Shown: positions 42,201 to 52,413, counted from the first letter of the stretch. The stretch: 64,000 bases of DNA from Myxococcota bacterium (GCA_965228475.1 OZ245817.1:4576001-4640000), one strand, 5' to 3'. Translations and numbers: made by a program. Notes: a model not told the origin generated them from the letters alone.

Positions 42201-43214
42201 GTGAGCGAGCAGCTTCTCCTCGCCGACGCGCAGCTGGGGGCCTACCTGGCGCGCCGGGGCCTCGTGCCCGAGGGCACCGAGACGGCCGTCGAGGCGGCCG
42301 GCGACGGCAACATCAACTGGGTCCGGCGGGCCCGGGCCGGGGGCCGCTCGTTCATCGTGAAGCAGGCCCGGCCGGCCCTCGAGCGCTTCCCCGAGTACCG
42401 GGTCTCGACGGAGCGGATCGTCTTCGAGCACCGCTACTTCGAGTGGGCCCGGCGCCTCCCAGAGGCGAAAATCTGCCCGGAAATCGTGGACTTCGATGAA
42501 CGCGAACGCGTTCTCATACTGGAGGACCTGGGCACCGCCGAGCGTCTCGACGCCGCCCTCGCCCGCGGCGCCGACGTCGGCGCGCCCGCCGTCGAGGTCG
42601 CCCGCTTCCTGGCCGCGGTGCACGCCTCGACCTCCCCGGGCCTGGCCGCGCGCTTCGCCAACGAGGACCTCCCGCAGCTCCACGGGGCGCACATCTTCGA
42701 GCTGCCCCTGCGCGAGAACGACTTCCCGCTCCCGCCCGAACTCGGCGAAGCGGCCGCCGAGCTCCGTGCCGATGCCGAGCTCGTCTCCATCGCCGACGGC
42801 CTCCACGCCCGCTACCTCGAGCCGCGCGGCGCCCTCGTCCACGGCGACGTCCAGGCCGGGAACATCCTTCTCACCCCCGACGGGCCGAAGCTCCTCGACG
42901 CGGAGATCGCCCACATCGGCGACCCGGCCTTCGACCTCGGCGTCTTCGTGGCGCACCTGCTGGTGGATGCCGTGGCGGGCCACCGGGCCGGGCATGCCCA
43001 GCAGACGGTCGAGGCCGTCTGGCAGGCCTACGGCGACCGCCTCGGCGGCGCCCTCGCCGTGCCCTTCCCCGAGGTCGCGCGCTACGCGGGCATCGAGCTC
43101 GTGCGGCGGACGATCGGCGCGGCGCGGGTGGATGCGGTGAAGGACGCGGAGCCGGCCCTGCGGGTGCTGCGCTTCGCCACCGCCTGGCTTCGGGATCCGC
43201 CCAAGCGGCCCTAG
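42201..43214 (+). CDS. Methylthioribose kinase-like phosphotransferase (APH/ChoK fold)
   Basis: GDGNINWV, IVKQA, HGDVQAGNI, DAEIAHIGDPAFDLG, ELVRRTIG. Confidence 0.8.
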   Translation: MSEQLLLADAQLGAYLARRGLVPEGTETAVEAAGDGNINWVRRARAGGRSFIVKQARPALERFPEYRVSTERIVFEHRYFEWARRLPEAKICPEIVDFDERERVLILEDLGTAERLDAALARGADVGAPAVEVARFLAAVHASTSPGLAARFANEDLPQLHGAHIFELPLRENDFPLPPELGEAAAELRADAELVSIADGLHARYLEPRGALVHGDVQAGNILLTPDGPKLLDAEIAHIGDPAFDLGVFVAHLLVDAVAGHRAGHAQQTVEAVWQAYGDRLGGALAVPFPEVARYAGIELVRRTIGAARVDAVKDAEPALRVLRFATAWLRDPPKRP

Positions 43215-44203
43215 CGGCCTTCGCGTTCCGGGCCCGGTCCCTGGACGCCCTCGAGCACCCGCTCGGCGATCCGGTCCGCGGCATCGCTCGGGCTTGGCGC
43301 GAGCGAACCGCTCGAGGCCGGCGCGATCGAGACCGTCGGCACGGGCGCACCGGGCGCCTCGTCCTCGGCCCACTGGATGCGCTCGTAGTCGAACTGCCCC
43401 GAGGCGATCGCGTTGAACTTCAGGTTCTCGAAGTAGGGCGAGATGTCGAAGTCGCGCGGCGTGAGCAGCGTCGGGTGACGGCGCCGGTAGATCCCCGGCG
43501 GGTCGAAGCCCTGGCGCTGGAAGAAGCGCCGCATGACGCCCGTCCGCGCCACCGGGTCGTGCGCGGGCGCGCGGTGCGGCGCGTGCTCGATGGTCGGCGC
43601 CACCGGGAAGCCCACGCGCTGGTAGAGCTGGCCGATCAGGCTCGAGCAGATCACCTCGGTCTGCACGTCGCTCCCCATGTGCTTCCACTCGGATTGGAGC
43701 CGCCGCGGCACGACCGCGATCGAAACGAAGTACTTCGCGAGGTCGACGACGTTGCGCAGGTCGTAGCGCCAGCCGATCGCGGCCACCGCGTCGTCGAGGA
43801 TCGTCTTCAGGTGCTCCGGACGCAGCCGGTGCGGCCGGCACACGCGAACGTTCAGGTGGACGTACTTGGTGAGCGGCTCCGCCACGACGCCGTCCATCAA
43901 CGCCTCGACGACGATGTGCTTCGCGTCCTCGCCCCAGGCCTCGAGCGCCCGCTCGCGCAGCTCGCCGCCGCGCTGGAGGAGCTCGTCGCCGATGTAGAGC
44001 GCCGAGTGCGACCACGTCGAGAGCGTGAGCAGCTTGATGACCTTCGAGATGCGCTGGCTGCCGTCGACCAGCACGACGTCGCCCGGGCGGATGTGGGCGA
44101 GCAGCGCTTCGACGTCGTTCTCGCCGCGGCGCTCGTAGTGCGCCACGGGCTGGTCGAGGTAGTCGACCAGGCGATCCTTCAGCCAGCGCCTCAGTCCGAA
44201 CAA
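43211..44203 (-). CDS. YiiX/YebB-like permuted NlpC/P60 cysteine hydrolase
   Basis: PGDVVLV, WSHSALY, YDL, ICSSLI (His before Cys). Confidence 0.85.
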   Translation of the reverse strand: MFGLRRWLKDRLVDYLDQPVAHYERRGENDVEALLAHIRPGDVVLVDGSQRISKVIKLLTLSTWSHSALYIGDELLQRGGELRERALEAWGEDAKHIVVEALMDGVVAEPLTKYVHLNVRVCRPHRLRPEHLKTILDDAVAAIGWRYDLRNVVDLAKYFVSIAVVPRRLQSEWKHMGSDVQTEVICSSLIGQLYQRVGFPVAPTIEHAPHRAPAHDPVARTGVMRRFFQRQGFDPPGIYRRRHPTLLTPRDFDISPYFENLKFNAIASGQFDYERIQWAEDEAPGAPVPTVSIAPASSGSLAPSPSDAADRIAERVLEGVQGPGPEREGR

Positions 44204-44287
44204 GTCGGAAAGCCTCCGCCCGGCGAGCTGCCCGGCCGGCGCGCCGGGCCGGTTGTCGGCACCCGGGGCGTCGGGAACAATCCCGCC

Positions 44288-44770
44288 ATGTCGAACCGAG
44301 GGGACACAGCGCTGCGCAGCCTGCTCTGGCTCGTCCTGGGCAGCTGGATCGGCGCGACGCTCTACTTCGCGCTGGTCGTGGCCCTGGCCGCCTTCCGCGT
44401 CCTCCCCACCTCCGAGCTCGCCGGCCAGGTGGTGGACGCCGTCTACACACCGCTCCAACTCTACGGGGTGGGGGCGGGCCTCCTGCTCGCGGCGCTGGCC
44501 CGGGCCCTGCGCCGGAGCCGCTGGCTCCAGATCCACCCCATCATCCTCTCGGTTCTCTGCTTCACGTCCCATTTCGGCATCACTGCCCGCCTGGATGAGC
44601 TTCGAGACCGGGCTTTCGGCGCGGACGGGACGGTCCCCGAGGGGGCGGCCAGCGCCGAGTTCTGGCAGCTCCACGGGGCCTCGATGGGGATCCACAGCCT
44701 CGTGATCCTCGGGGCGATCGCGCTCCTTGTGCTCCACGTGAGGGCCGAGGGCCGGGCGCCCGCCCGCTGA
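44288..44770 (+). CDS. DUF4149-like membrane protein
   Basis: Four TM; GSWIG..YF..VVA..AF..L...AG, FWQLHGASM. Confidence 0.75.
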   Translation: MSNRGDTALRSLLWLVLGSWIGATLYFALVVALAAFRVLPTSELAGQVVDAVYTPLQLYGVGAGLLLAALARALRRSRWLQIHPIILSVLCFTSHFGITARLDELRDRAFGADGTVPEGAASAEFWQLHGASMGIHSLVILGAIALLVLHVRAEGRAPAR

Positions 44771-45032
44771 TCACCCGGGCCGGCGGCGAAACCCCGAGCG
44801 TGAACGGCGAGCCCCGGGGGCCGGAAATGCGCGAAATTCCATAGCTCTTACTGAGTGCGTGGTGTATCCTGTTTCCTCGGCTCGGAATCCGCTGCAATTC
44901 CGGCAGGTTACGAGGCGACATTCCGGGTGCGATCGATGCGGCTCGCGGGTCTTCCGTGGGCCGTGAGAACCCGGTCACGCCGGCCGGGCATCGAAGTGCC
45001 GAAACGGTCCAGGCGAGGGAACGCAGGAAGCG

Positions 45033-45236
45033 ATGGATATCCGGATCAAGGCCAACTTGGAGTTCGCGGTCACCGAGAGTGGCCTGGAAGACGCCTTGGC
45101 CGAGTACGACGAGATCACGGTCGAGGGCCTCCTGAAGGAGATCCTGGACAAGGCGATCGCCTGCGACGAGATCCAGGCCAAGGTCAGCGAGGGCCCGAAC
45201 ACCCTCGAAGAATACGACCAGCAGAAGAACGGCTGA
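45033..45236 (+). CDS. Small acidic hypothetical protein (67 aa)
   Basis: AGGAAG RBS, strong GC3 bias. Confidence 0.75.
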   Translation: MDIRIKANLEFAVTESGLEDALAEYDEITVEGLLKEILDKAIACDEIQAKVSEGPNTLEEYDQQKNG

Positions 45237-45282
45237 GCGGTCTCCCGAGTCCCTCCGGCGCCGAGCGCGCCATCCCCATACC

Positions 45283-45759
45283 TCAGCGGAACAAGGCGAG
45301 CTGCTCCGGCCCGGGCGGCGGCGTTTTCGTGCGCGACGCGGGCGGCGCTGCCTGGGCCGCGGGCGGGGGCTTCGCCTGCTTCCGCTTCCGGGGCGCAGGC
45401 CGCCCCGAGCGGCGCGCGGCCGCTTCGGGCCGTGCCGGCGCGTAGATCCCCTCCGAGCGCGCGAACTCGAGCAGGCGGGCGTTGTAGGCGCGGAAGGCGT
45501 CGCCGTGGTCGAAGTGTTTCAGATGCGCGAGTTCGTGGCACAAGGTGGCGACCAGGCTCGAATACTTGAGCGGCTCGCCCGTCCGCACGTCGGCCAGACG
45601 GATGCGGATCTCGCCGTCCGAAAAACACACGCCGTATCGGCGCTTCACGTTCGCCCGCTCGGCGTGGATGACGCGGTAGCGCAGGCCGAATCGCGTGGCG
45701 ATCCGGTAGGCGTCGTAGCGGAGCCGGGTGAGGAGTTCGCGTCGCGTCGTTCGGTCCAC
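45283..45759 (-). CDS. Zincin metallopeptidase (YgjP/WLM/SprT-like)
   Basis: RYGVC, TLCHELAHLKHFDHGDAF. Confidence 0.8.
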   Translation of the reverse strand: MDRTTRRELLTRLRYDAYRIATRFGLRYRVIHAERANVKRRYGVCFSDGEIRIRLADVRTGEPLKYSSLVATLCHELAHLKHFDHGDAFRAYNARLLEFARSEGIYAPARPEAAARRSGRPAPRKRKQAKPPPAAQAAPPASRTKTPPPGPEQLALFR

Positions 45760-45801
45760 GCGCCGGGGAATCTAGCCGGGGGGCCGAGACGGGCGCCACG
45801 A

Positions 45802-45860
45802 CGAAGTCGCCCTTCCCAGACCGAAGTCGCACTTCCCAGACCGAGTCGCACTTCCCAGAC
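45802..45860. repeat. Three tandem ~20-bp direct repeats
   Basis: cgaagtcgcccttcccagac / cgaagtcgcacttcccagac / cgagtcgcacttcccagac. Confidence 0.9.
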
Positions 45861-45878
45861 GCCGGTTATCCTACGGGC

Positions 45879-46562
<684 letters not shown>

Positions 46563-47015
46563 ACCCACTCCGAACCACGCCAGGAATCGCGCGCTGAAAT
46601 TTCGCGATTCGCGGCGAAAATCGTTGAACGAACGCGAACGAAACGGATCGCGCTGCGGACTTCCGCAGCGGGCAGGGACGCGCGGTGCGCGCGCGAACTC
46701 GCTTCGACAACGCCGCCGAAACGTTTGGAAAGCAAAGACGATCTGACTTCGAAACGAGGGTTAGACTTCGCCTCGTCGGCGCGCATTGGTGCACGAATGC
46801 GTTGCATTGCTGTGTCACTCGCCCGTCGGTTTCAGGACGGATCGGCGTTGCCCGCTTTCGAGTGCTGTGGTTAATTGCGCATGTGTTCGACGGTTGACGC
46901 CGGAACGCTCCAAAGCCGACTGAAACCGCCGAAATTTCCCGACATACCGCCCCGTCGCTGGAAGCCCCCCAAGAGCGGAAGGTCCGACGGCAAAGCCTGG
47001 CAGGAACTTCGACCT

Positions 47016-48440
47016 TTGACTCGCCCCCCCGAGTTCTGGGACGCAATTCTTCGGCGCCTCACGCAAGACGTGCCGGCGCACGAAGTCGAGGCATGGATCC
47101 TTCCCCTCCACGCGGAAGCGGACGGGAAGACGCTGCGCCTCCTGTGTCCGAGTGCTCTCCACTGCAACCGCGTTCGCGACCGGTACCTCGAGCCGATCCG
47201 GCAGGCGGTGCGGCTCCACGCCGAAGAGGCGGGGGAGGACGCGCCCGTCGTGCGGCTGGCGCTCGCGGATTCGCCGCCGCCCGAGCGGCGGCTCGCGAAG
47301 GTCGAGCCGGACGAGGCGAACGTCCCGGAAGCCGGGGCCTCGGAGGCACCCGCGCGGGTCGCGGCGCGCGCGGGCCTGCGCGAGCCGGCGCCGCGCCGCA
47401 TGGCCCGCGCCGTCCAACAGAGTTTCGACAACTTCGTGGTCGGCCCGCCGAACGCGCTGGCGCGCGAAGCGGCCGTGGCGCTCGCGGCGGGCAGCCAGCG
47501 CGAGGTGAATCCCCTCTACCTGGCCGGCGATTCCGGCCTCGGGAAGACGCACCTGGCGCGCTCGGTCGCCGGTACCGTGCGCCGAACGGACGCGCGGGTC
47601 CTCTACACCTCGGCCGAGGGCTTCACCTCGGACTTCCTCGGCTCGCTGCGCAACCGCGAGGTTCCGCGCTTCAAACGCCGCTACCGCGAGGACTGCGACG
47701 TGCTGGTGCTCGAGGACGTCGACTTCCTCGGCGGGAAGGAATCCACCCAGCTCGAGCTGTTCCACACCGTGGCGCACCTGCTCGACACCGGTGCGCGCGT
47801 GGTCTTCACCGGCGCGCGGCTCCCGCGCGAGATCCCGGCGCTCGACCGCCGGCTCGGCGCCCAGATGGCGAGCGGCCTCGTCGCCGAGCTCGCGCCGCCG
47901 GACACGGAGCTCCGCCGCAGCATCCTGAAGAACCGCGCCGCCGCCGGCGGCATCCGCATCCCCGAAGACTGCGTCGAGCGCATCGTCGAAGCCGTCCGCG
48001 GCAGCGTGAGCGACCTCGAGAGCGTGCTCGGCCAGATCGTCGCCTCGGCCACGCTCCTGAAGCAGCCCGTCGATCTCGCGCTCACCGACGCGGCCCTGCG
48101 CAAGCTCGGCCCGGGCGAGAGCCGCACCCTCGGCAACCGGCGCGTGGCGCCGCGCGAGGTCATCGAGATGGTGGCCGCGTTCTTCGGCACGACGCCCGAG
48201 GCCCTCTGCTCCCGCTCACGCCGGCGCGACATCCTGCTCCCGCGCCAGCTCTCGATGTACCTGTGCCGCCGCTTCACGGACGCGAGCTTCTCGGAGATCG
48301 GCCGCGCCCTCGAGCGCGACCACCCCTCGGTACGGAACGCCGTCTCATCGGTCGAGCGCCAGATCCTCGAGCGCGCGCCGCTGCGCTACCAGGTCGAGGC
48401 CCTCTGCGACCGGCTCGAGCACCTGCGGGGCGAGCGCTAG
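47016..48440 (+). CDS. DnaA-like protein (probable paralogue, degenerate AAA+ residues)
   Basis: Domain I (WI.PL), FDNFVVG..N, NPLYLAGDSGLGKTHL, domain IV RQLSMYL...EIG..RDH; no dnaN downstream. Confidence 0.85.
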   Translation: MTRPPEFWDAILRRLTQDVPAHEVEAWILPLHAEADGKTLRLLCPSALHCNRVRDRYLEPIRQAVRLHAEEAGEDAPVVRLALADSPPPERRLAKVEPDEANVPEAGASEAPARVAARAGLREPAPRRMARAVQQSFDNFVVGPPNALAREAAVALAAGSQREVNPLYLAGDSGLGKTHLARSVAGTVRRTDARVLYTSAEGFTSDFLGSLRNREVPRFKRRYREDCDVLVLEDVDFLGGKESTQLELFHTVAHLLDTGARVVFTGARLPREIPALDRRLGAQMASGLVAELAPPDTELRRSILKNRAAAGGIRIPEDCVERIVEAVRGSVSDLESVLGQIVASATLLKQPVDLALTDAALRKLGPGESRTLGNRRVAPREVIEMVAAFFGTTPEALCSRSRRRDILLPRQLSMYLCRRFTDASFSEIGRALERDHPSVRNAVSSVERQILERAPLRYQVEALCDRLEHLRGER

Positions 48441-48476
48441 GACGGCAGCCGGAGTCCGCCTCGGAGCGGATGACTT

Positions 48477-51400
48477 TCAGCGAGTGACCCGCTGAAGCTC
48501 GCGCTGCGACATCAACGCCTCGGCCTTCTTCCGAGCATCGGCCGCCTCCGAGACCTCGCCCGCAGCCATCAAGGAGGCGGAGTAATAGAGCCAAGCCGTA
48601 CCGGAACGAGGGAACCTGCGCGTCGCGTCCCGGAGGACGGTTCGAGCCTCCTCGGGGTGCCCGGCACGGAGCAGGAACAAACCGTAGTTCGCCGCAGCAC
48701 GGTCGTTCCCCGGTTCCGCGTCGATCCATTTCCGAAAGGCCGGCTCGGCCACGCGGTTCTCACCGAGGTCGGTCGCCGCAAGCGCGACCGCCGAGAGCGC
48801 CAGTGGGTGGCCTGGGTGGCGCTCTTCGAACCGTTGAGCCTCTTCCAGAGCACCCCTGGAATCGCCCGCGGCGCTGAGTGCCATGGCGTACCGGTGTGCG
48901 AAGCGCGGATCGTCGGGCGCCAGCTCCGCGGCCCTCCTTGCAGGCTCTACGGCATCTTCCTTCCGGCCGACGGCATCGAGGAAGTTCGACAGTGCGAACT
49001 CGATCTGCGGGCTCGGGGTCGGCTGCGCCTCTCTCGCCGCAAAGAGGACCGACTCGGCCTTCTCCCTCTGGCCGTCATCCCAGAGCTGCAGCGCATATCG
49101 GAGCAACGCGTCGGGATGACTGGGGTGAGCGGCGAGCAGGCGCTGCCATGCCAGGAAGATGCCCGCCCGACTGCCATCCTGTTCGGCGATCCCGGCCAGC
49201 AGCCAGAGGACCGCGAAGTCGTTCGGGTCCTCCTCCAACAGCTTCTGGGCTTCCTCTCGAGCCTCCGCGAACTTTCCCTCTCGCGCGAGAATCTTCGCGT
49301 CGAGCAGGCGAGCGTACGGATCTTTCGGACGAATTCGCAATGCAGCCGCCGCCGAGTGCCGCGCTTTGACCAGCGCACCCGCCTGAAGCGCCGCCTCTCC
49401 TCGCAGCGTGTAGAAGTTCGGCGAGTTCCGATAGTACTGCTCGACCGAGTCGAGCAGTACGGCGGCTGCGCGGTGATCGCCTGCCTCGAGGGCGCGAGCT
49501 GCAGCCCGGCGGGTCTCCGCCGCATCTTGCAGCTCGACTTCGGTCGCCCGAGGCCCGGACTTCGAGACGTCGCCCGGCGGGTCCGTGAGAAGCCCGATTG
49601 CTCCGAGAGCGATCCCAGCTCCCACGCTCGCGCCGAACAAGCCGCGGCGGAAGGGGCCCCTGCGCGGCGTGGACACGGTTGCCCCGGCACGCTCGAAGGC
49701 ACGATCCCGCTCGGAACAGTAGGACGGCCATTCCTCCGGAGAGATCTGCGCCTGAGTCGTCCGCCAGCGGTAGTCGAAGGTTGCCTGCTTGCGTTCCCCC
49801 TCGACGACGCAGCTGTACTCGAAACCAGGACCCGAGAAACGGTGGTCCTCCCGGCCCGGGCGTTCCACGCTGTTTCCGCGCACCACCACCCGGTGGTGGG
49901 CGGTCATCGGATAGCGGAGCACCCATGGTTGCCGCCGCGTCTCGCTCCCGTCTATTTGATCGATAACGAAGAACAGGCCGTGGGCGCCGTAGCGAAACTC
50001 CGTAGGGGTCTTCGAACTCTCGGGGCCCCAGGAGGGCAGCCCGTGACGCGTGCGAACACGGATGACGTTCGCGATCGGGTCATCTTCGACATCCGCAGGA
50101 TCCTCACTGGCGACCAAGGCGGGGAAGTAGGACTGAAGCGCCTCGGCGCGGACCCGGGTGAATGCACTCTTTCCGTCTCTCACGATCGAAGCTCGGACGG
50201 CGTCCGCCAGCGACCCCGAGGCCACGATGAGCTGTTCGACGGACCCCTCTTTCTGCTTGTGGTCCAGAAGGAACGTCTCGATGACACTGAAGTCGGTGGC
50301 TGCCGGTTCGGGAAGCGGGGTCAGCGCGTCCGCCCCTTCTCGGATCTCCAGGCCGCAGCCATACGATGCCGGGGTCCGGTGTTCGAGGTCCCCTCGCTCA
50401 CCGATCAGTGTCGGGTCAACGTAGTGCTGCTTGCCCTCGAACTCGACACTTACGATCGCATGCGAGAACGCCGCATTGGAGGGTTGTAGACGCTGGACGC
50501 CCTCCATCCAGTTCGAAGCCACGAGCATCGGACAGGCATCGACACCCAGCTCTCGCAGCAACGCTGTCAGAAGAACCGACTTGTCCTTGCAATCGCCGAA
50601 ACGTCTGCGGACGACACTACCAGCCCCACCCGGGAGCATTCCGGCACCGGTGCCGAAGTCGACCACGAGGTAGCGGATGTCCTCCTGCACGAACCGAATG
50701 GCTTCGCGAACGAGTTCTTCGCCCGTATGCTCAGCCCGAAGTTGGGCTGCCTGGGCGGCAATCGACTCACCGCCCTCTGCCAGAGCGTCCGCCCAGAGCG
50801 AATCGAAGAACGACGAGACCTCTCCCCAGCTGCGCCAGCCGGACACCTCGACGAGTGGGAAAGGCCACTCCGTCGTAGGAGAGTTGTTCTCGATCTCGAC
50901 CCGAGGAGGGTCCTCCAGCGTCCAGGAGATCCGGTCACCGTATTCGGTCTCGCGCGGACTCGGCGAACCCGGGTGCTCATGGAGGTTCCACCGGACCGGC
51001 GACGCGGCACTACGTCGGACCGAGAACGAGACCCTGGCGACGGGGAAGTTCCACGCGAAAGGAAACAGCGCGGTGAACTGCTCCCCCGGGAGAACCTCGA
51101 TCGGTTCGAGCGACCAGGAGAGATCGATCGCATCCCCGACGCGAACGTCCTCGAGAAGGGCAACGAGGGAGAGCCGTCCCGTCAGGGTCTGTTGCTCGAG
51201 CTGCTGCTCCCTCTGACGGAGCAGGAAGTCGCCGCGCTCTGCCCTGCTGACCTCTCCCCAGACCTCTCCCTCACCCTTGCGCAGCAGTGCGAGCGAGTGA
51301 ATCGCAAGACGGTGGGCAGCTGGGTCGAAATCGACCTCGACCTGGCTCAAAGCCTGGACTGCGGAGTGGGTCTGGAGGCGGCGAACGTTCCGGCAGTAGA

Positions 51401-51566
51401 CCGACCGACTCGCCACATCGTTCTGCTCATCGAGCAGAAGACAGGATATTGCGTGATCCTCGGAAGCTGGAAAGTCCCACACCGGTTCTTGGATTGTCAC
51501 CCAGGCCGGAGTCGCGGCGAGTTGCCACTCGGCGTCCTGAGGTCCGACGATACGCCGAATCGACAT
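48477..51566 (-). CDS. DUF3857 + transglutaminase-like domain, TM segment, C-terminal TPR array
   Basis: DVRVGD, FVQEDIRY, RFGDCKDKS, FSHAI, YVDPT catalytic triad; TM GASVGAGIALGAIGLL; many TPR units (..P.D..A). Confidence 0.85.
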   Translation of the reverse strand: MSIRRIVGPQDAEWQLAATPAWVTIQEPVWDFPASEDHAISCLLLDEQNDVASRSVYCRNVRRLQTHSAVQALSQVEVDFDPAAHRLAIHSLALLRKGEGEVWGEVSRAERGDFLLRQREQQLEQQTLTGRLSLVALLEDVRVGDAIDLSWSLEPIEVLPGEQFTALFPFAWNFPVARVSFSVRRSAASPVRWNLHEHPGSPSPRETEYGDRISWTLEDPPRVEIENNSPTTEWPFPLVEVSGWRSWGEVSSFFDSLWADALAEGGESIAAQAAQLRAEHTGEELVREAIRFVQEDIRYLVVDFGTGAGMLPGGAGSVVRRRFGDCKDKSVLLTALLRELGVDACPMLVASNWMEGVQRLQPSNAAFSHAIVSVEFEGKQHYVDPTLIGERGDLEHRTPASYGCGLEIREGADALTPLPEPAATDFSVIETFLLDHKQKEGSVEQLIVASGSLADAVRASIVRDGKSAFTRVRAEALQSYFPALVASEDPADVEDDPIANVIRVRTRHGLPSWGPESSKTPTEFRYGAHGLFFVIDQIDGSETRRQPWVLRYPMTAHHRVVVRGNSVERPGREDHRFSGPGFEYSCVVEGERKQATFDYRWRTTQAQISPEEWPSYCSERDRAFERAGATVSTPRRGPFRRGLFGASVGAGIALGAIGLLTDPPGDVSKSGPRATEVELQDAAETRRAAARALEAGDHRAAAVLLDSVEQYYRNSPNFYTLRGEAALQAGALVKARHSAAAALRIRPKDPYARLLDAKILAREGKFAEAREEAQKLLEEDPNDFAVLWLLAGIAEQDGSRAGIFLAWQRLLAAHPSHPDALLRYALQLWDDGQREKAESVLFAAREAQPTPSPQIEFALSNFLDAVGRKEDAVEPARRAAELAPDDPRFAHRYAMALSAAGDSRGALEEAQRFEERHPGHPLALSAVALAATDLGENRVAEPAFRKWIDAEPGNDRAAANYGLFLLRAGHPEEARTVLRDATRRFPRSGTAWLYYSASLMAAGEVSEAADARKKAEALMSQRELQRVTR

Positions 51567-51639
51567 CGCTCCATCATACGCGATTCCCAGCACGGCGTTC
51601 GCCCCAGACGGCCCGGCAGGCAACGGCTAGAGTCACCCG

Positions 51640-52413
51640 ATGCCCGAACGCATCGAGATCGCGCGCAACTGGCTGCCCCGCTACACGGGCATGGCCCTCG
51701 ACGAGATCGGCGATTGGGTCCTGCTCACGAACTTCGCGGGGTACCTGCACCACTTCGCCGAGAAGTTCGGCTGCGAGATCAGCGGCGAAGGGCGGCCGAT
51801 GCAGGCGGCGACCAACTCCGCCGGCCTGACCATGGTGAACTTCGGCATCGGCTCACCGAACGCGGCGCTCATCATGGACCTCCTGGTGGCGCGCAACCCG
51901 AAGGGCGTTCTCTTCCTCGGCAAGTGCGGCGGGCTGAAGCAGGCGACCGAGATCGGCCACTTCATCCTGCCCATCGCGGCCATCCGCGGCGAGGGGACGA
52001 GCGACGACTACTTCCCGCCCCAGGTGCCGGCGCTGCCCTCCTTCAAGCTGCACAAGTTCGTCTCGGAGAAGCTCGTCGAACACGGCTACGACTACCGGAC
52101 CGGCGTGATCTACACGACCAACCGTCGTCTCTGGGAGCACGACGACCGCTTCCTCGCGCGGCTCCACTCGATGACCTGCATCGGCATCGACATGGAGACG
52201 GCGACGCTCTTCATCGTCGGCCACCACAACCAGATCGCACGCGGCGCGCTGCTGCTCGTCTCGGACGTGCCGGCCACCCCCGAGGGCGTGAAGACCGAGG
52301 AGTCCGACCGCGCCGTCACCGAGGAGTGGGCGGCCGCGCACGTGGAGCTCGGCATCGAGGCGATGACGGACATCGGGCGCCGCGGCGAGACCATCAAGCA
52401 CTACCGGTACTGA
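51640..52413 (+). CDS. amn: AMP nucleosidase (short form)
   Basis: NWLPRYTG, NFGIGSPNAA, FLGKCGGL, AIRGEGTS, DMETAT, LLVSD. Confidence 0.9.
   Translation: MPERIEIARNWLPRYTGMALDEIGDWVLLTNFAGYLHHFAEKFGCEISGEGRPMQAATNSAGLTMVNFGIGSPNAALIMDLLVARNPKGVLFLGKCGGLKQATEIGHFILPIAAIRGEGTSDDYFPPQVPALPSFKLHKFVSEKLVEHGYDYRTGVIYTTNRRLWEHDDRFLARLHSMTCIGIDMETATLFIVGHHNQIARGALLLVSDVPATPEGVKTEESDRAVTEEWAAAHVELGIEAMTDIGRRGETIKHYRY

Noticed and set aside
45802..45860. CRISPR array
   Set aside because: Repeats are directly adjacent with no spacers and only 20 bp long; no cas genes in the window
46563..47015. Chromosomal origin (oriC)
   Set aside because: Only one imperfect DnaA box, no clear DUE, no dnaN/gyrB context, and the adjacent DnaA is degenerate
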